A DNA stretch of 24,953 bases from a virus (lineage: Duplodnaviria; Caudoviricetes), in IMG/VR virus record IMGVR_UViG_3300016484_000641, positions 1 through 24,953 of that record; one strand, 5' to 3'. Positions 23,368 to 24,953 of this stretch are shown here, piece by piece. Positions within the stretch are counted from its first letter, which is position 1; every line of letters begins with the position of its first letter. A program made the translations under genes and the position numbers. The notes below the pieces were generated by a model, which was not told where the DNA came from, ran no database searches, and saw only the letters and a list, made by a program, of their open reading frames with translations.

Positions 23368-24953
23368 TGGACAGAGATAACTACGCTTCGGCAAACCCGA
23401 AAGACGAAAGTTTAAAACTTACACGCATTGATACTGACTTTTACTCTACCCACATCAATGAAGTCATAACTCAATGGCAGAACGACCACGAGGATTTTTT
23501 CGATCAGCGTGTAGAATGGCTCGAAGCTGCAAGAGATTTCTCTTATCAGCACAACGAGGGTTCGTTTGAAAGCTCTGCTTGCGTTCACATCCCTGTGATT
23601 TTCATGTACAAAAAAGCCCTTCACGCGAAACTTTATCAGCTTTTTGGTCAGCACCTTGCGTTTTATTCAGTTGAGAGCCAACACGCGGCCTTTGAAGAAA
23701 AAGAAGAACTCGTGAAACGGTTTATGAACTGGGTTTTGACTAAATGGTCGAACCGTGGCCGTGGTTTGAAGGCCGTTTTTGATAGATTTCTTGACGATAT
23801 TTGTGAGGAGGGTTCTGGGGTTGTAAAACTTTACTGGGACAGATGGCAACATGAGTACCTCAAAGCAGAAATTGAGACAGAAATCGACGACAGTTTTGAC
23901 CTTCTAGGCGGTCTCGACATCGAAATTGAGAAAAAATCGAACGTAAAAACAAAAGTTCGCAACAAAATGGTGCAAGAACAACAAGCTGCACCTCGAGTTG
24001 GGTGTGTTTCGATCGACGATTTTATGATGCCCCCAGGATATGAGGACCTTGACGATGCTCCGTGGCTCGCGCATCGAATTTACATGACCGACGAGGACTT
24101 AAAAATCCGCGCTCGCGATAAAAAGTTCGAGGAGGACGTTGTCGAGGAGGTTATGAAACAAAAGTCGTCGATTTTCAGCGGCGGCTACGACCAATTCGGC
24201 TCCATAAACTCAAAACGTATGCTTTCGGAGATCGAAGGCATCCAATCTGATCTCTCAAACGAGGACCGTCAGCGTTGGGACAACCAAAATCACGAAATTT
24301 TAGAGTTTTATTGTCGAGGTTACGTCGAAAAGAAAGTAGACGAGGATACTTTTGAAAATATGACGAAATTTCCGCAAGAAATCGTTGTGTGGTATCACTG
24401 GGCTTCGAGAAAAGTTCTCGGTTGGACGTATTTGCACCGAATTACCCCTGATGGCAAGCGTCCGTTCTTCAAAGCTGACCTTATTCCTTCAAAACGCCGC
24501 GCTTTCGGTATCGGTACATCAGAAATGATCTATCAATTCAATCGCTACATCGACAGTTTCGTAAATATGAGACTCGATAACGGCCAACTTGCTTCATTGC
24601 AATTTGGTATGTATCGAGCTTCATCCACAATCAAACCCGACACGTTCCGAGTCTCTCCTGGGGAACTTGTTCCTGTTGAGGACGTGAACGATGTTAAATT
24701 TGGCGCGTTTCCGTACCTTGGAAACTTCGGACAACAGGAGGAACAAAATGCTAACGGATATATTCAACAGTTGTTATCTCTTAATGAAGTTGACCTTGGA
24801 AACTTGGGGCAGAAAGGGGTCGCAGGTGCTCTCCGCAATGCGACAGGTTCTAATTACGTCGATCGCCAATCTACAATTCAGCTTCATCCTCATTTTGATC
24901 GTATTGCTACTTGTCTTGGTCGTCTCCTCGGTTCTCTTTTTAAGTTGTGTCGG
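23367..24953 (+). CDS. Portal protein (3' end runs off the window)
   Basis: Long ORF beginning MDRDNYASANPK with TAATG coupling to terL; EGSGVVKLYW and KRPFF..AFGIG portal-like motifs; absent from the ORF track because it has no stop codon in the window. Confidence 0.8.
   Translation, partial: MDRDNYASANPKDESLKLTRIDTDFYSTHINEVITQWQNDHEDFFDQRVEWLEAARDFSYQHNEGSFESSACVHIPVIFMYKKALHAKLYQLFGQHLAFYSVESQHAAFEEKEELVKRFMNWVLTKWSNRGRGLKAVFDRFLDDICEEGSGVVKLYWDRWQHEYLKAEIETEIDDSFDLLGGLDIEIEKKSNVKTKVRNKMVQEQQAAPRVGCVSIDDFMMPPGYEDLDDAPWLAHRIYMTDEDLKIRARDKKFEEDVVEEVMKQKSSIFSGGYDQFGSINSKRMLSEIEGIQSDLSNEDRQRWDNQNHEILEFYCRGYVEKKVDEDTFENMTKFPQEIVVWYHWASRKVLGWTYLHRITPDGKRPFFKADLIPSKRRAFGIGTSEMIYQFNRYIDSFVNMRLDNGQLASLQFGMYRASSTIKPDTFRVSPGELVPVEDVNDVKFGAFPYLGNFGQQEEQNANGYIQQLLSLNEVDLGNLGQKGVAGALRNATGSNYVDRQSTIQLHPHFDRIATCLGRLLGSLFKLCR

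Larger units (their letters stand above)
425..24953. mobile_element. Tailed dsDNA bacteriophage (Caudoviricetes) genome segment with divergent early/replication and late arms
   Basis: TerS-TerL-portal genes, a phage replication module, dense strand-coherent small ORFs with ATGA/TAATG overlaps, and no host housekeeping genes. Confidence 0.95.

Noticed and set aside
1-24953. tRNA genes, CRISPR arrays, introns/inteins, reverse transcriptase or diversity-generating elements
   Set aside because: No cloverleaf, regular repeat-spacer array, interrupted core gene or RT motif was seen by eye.

Overview
This window is part of a tailed dsDNA phage genome with two divergent arms. The leftward arm (about 16.98 kb down to 0.43 kb) holds small early genes, a lipoprotein, a short catalytic-domain-only tyrosine recombinase, an SF3/DUF5906-type helicase, a C5-methyltransferase-like gene, a family A DNA polymerase (Leu762 type), an SSB, an SNF2 helicase, a GroES/gp31-like co-chaperonin, a RecE-like exonuclease and a RuvC-like resolvase. 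The rightward arm holds an Acb2-like anti-CBASS protein, a 2OG-Fe(II) oxygenase, the small terminase, a two-domain lysozyme/L,D-transpeptidase lysin, the large terminase and a truncated portal gene. The most unusual part is the roughly 1.1 kb non-coding control region between the arms (16.98-18.13 kb). It contains two sigma54 promoters with upstream enhancer-like repeats, a sigma28 promoter, sigma70-like promoters, a host-type parS site lying on a predicted sigma54 start site, four copies of a 15-bp motif in both orientations (a fifth is at 16.2 kb), a G-quadruplex motif and two candidate structured RNAs. All functional calls come from reading motifs by eye; no searches were run.
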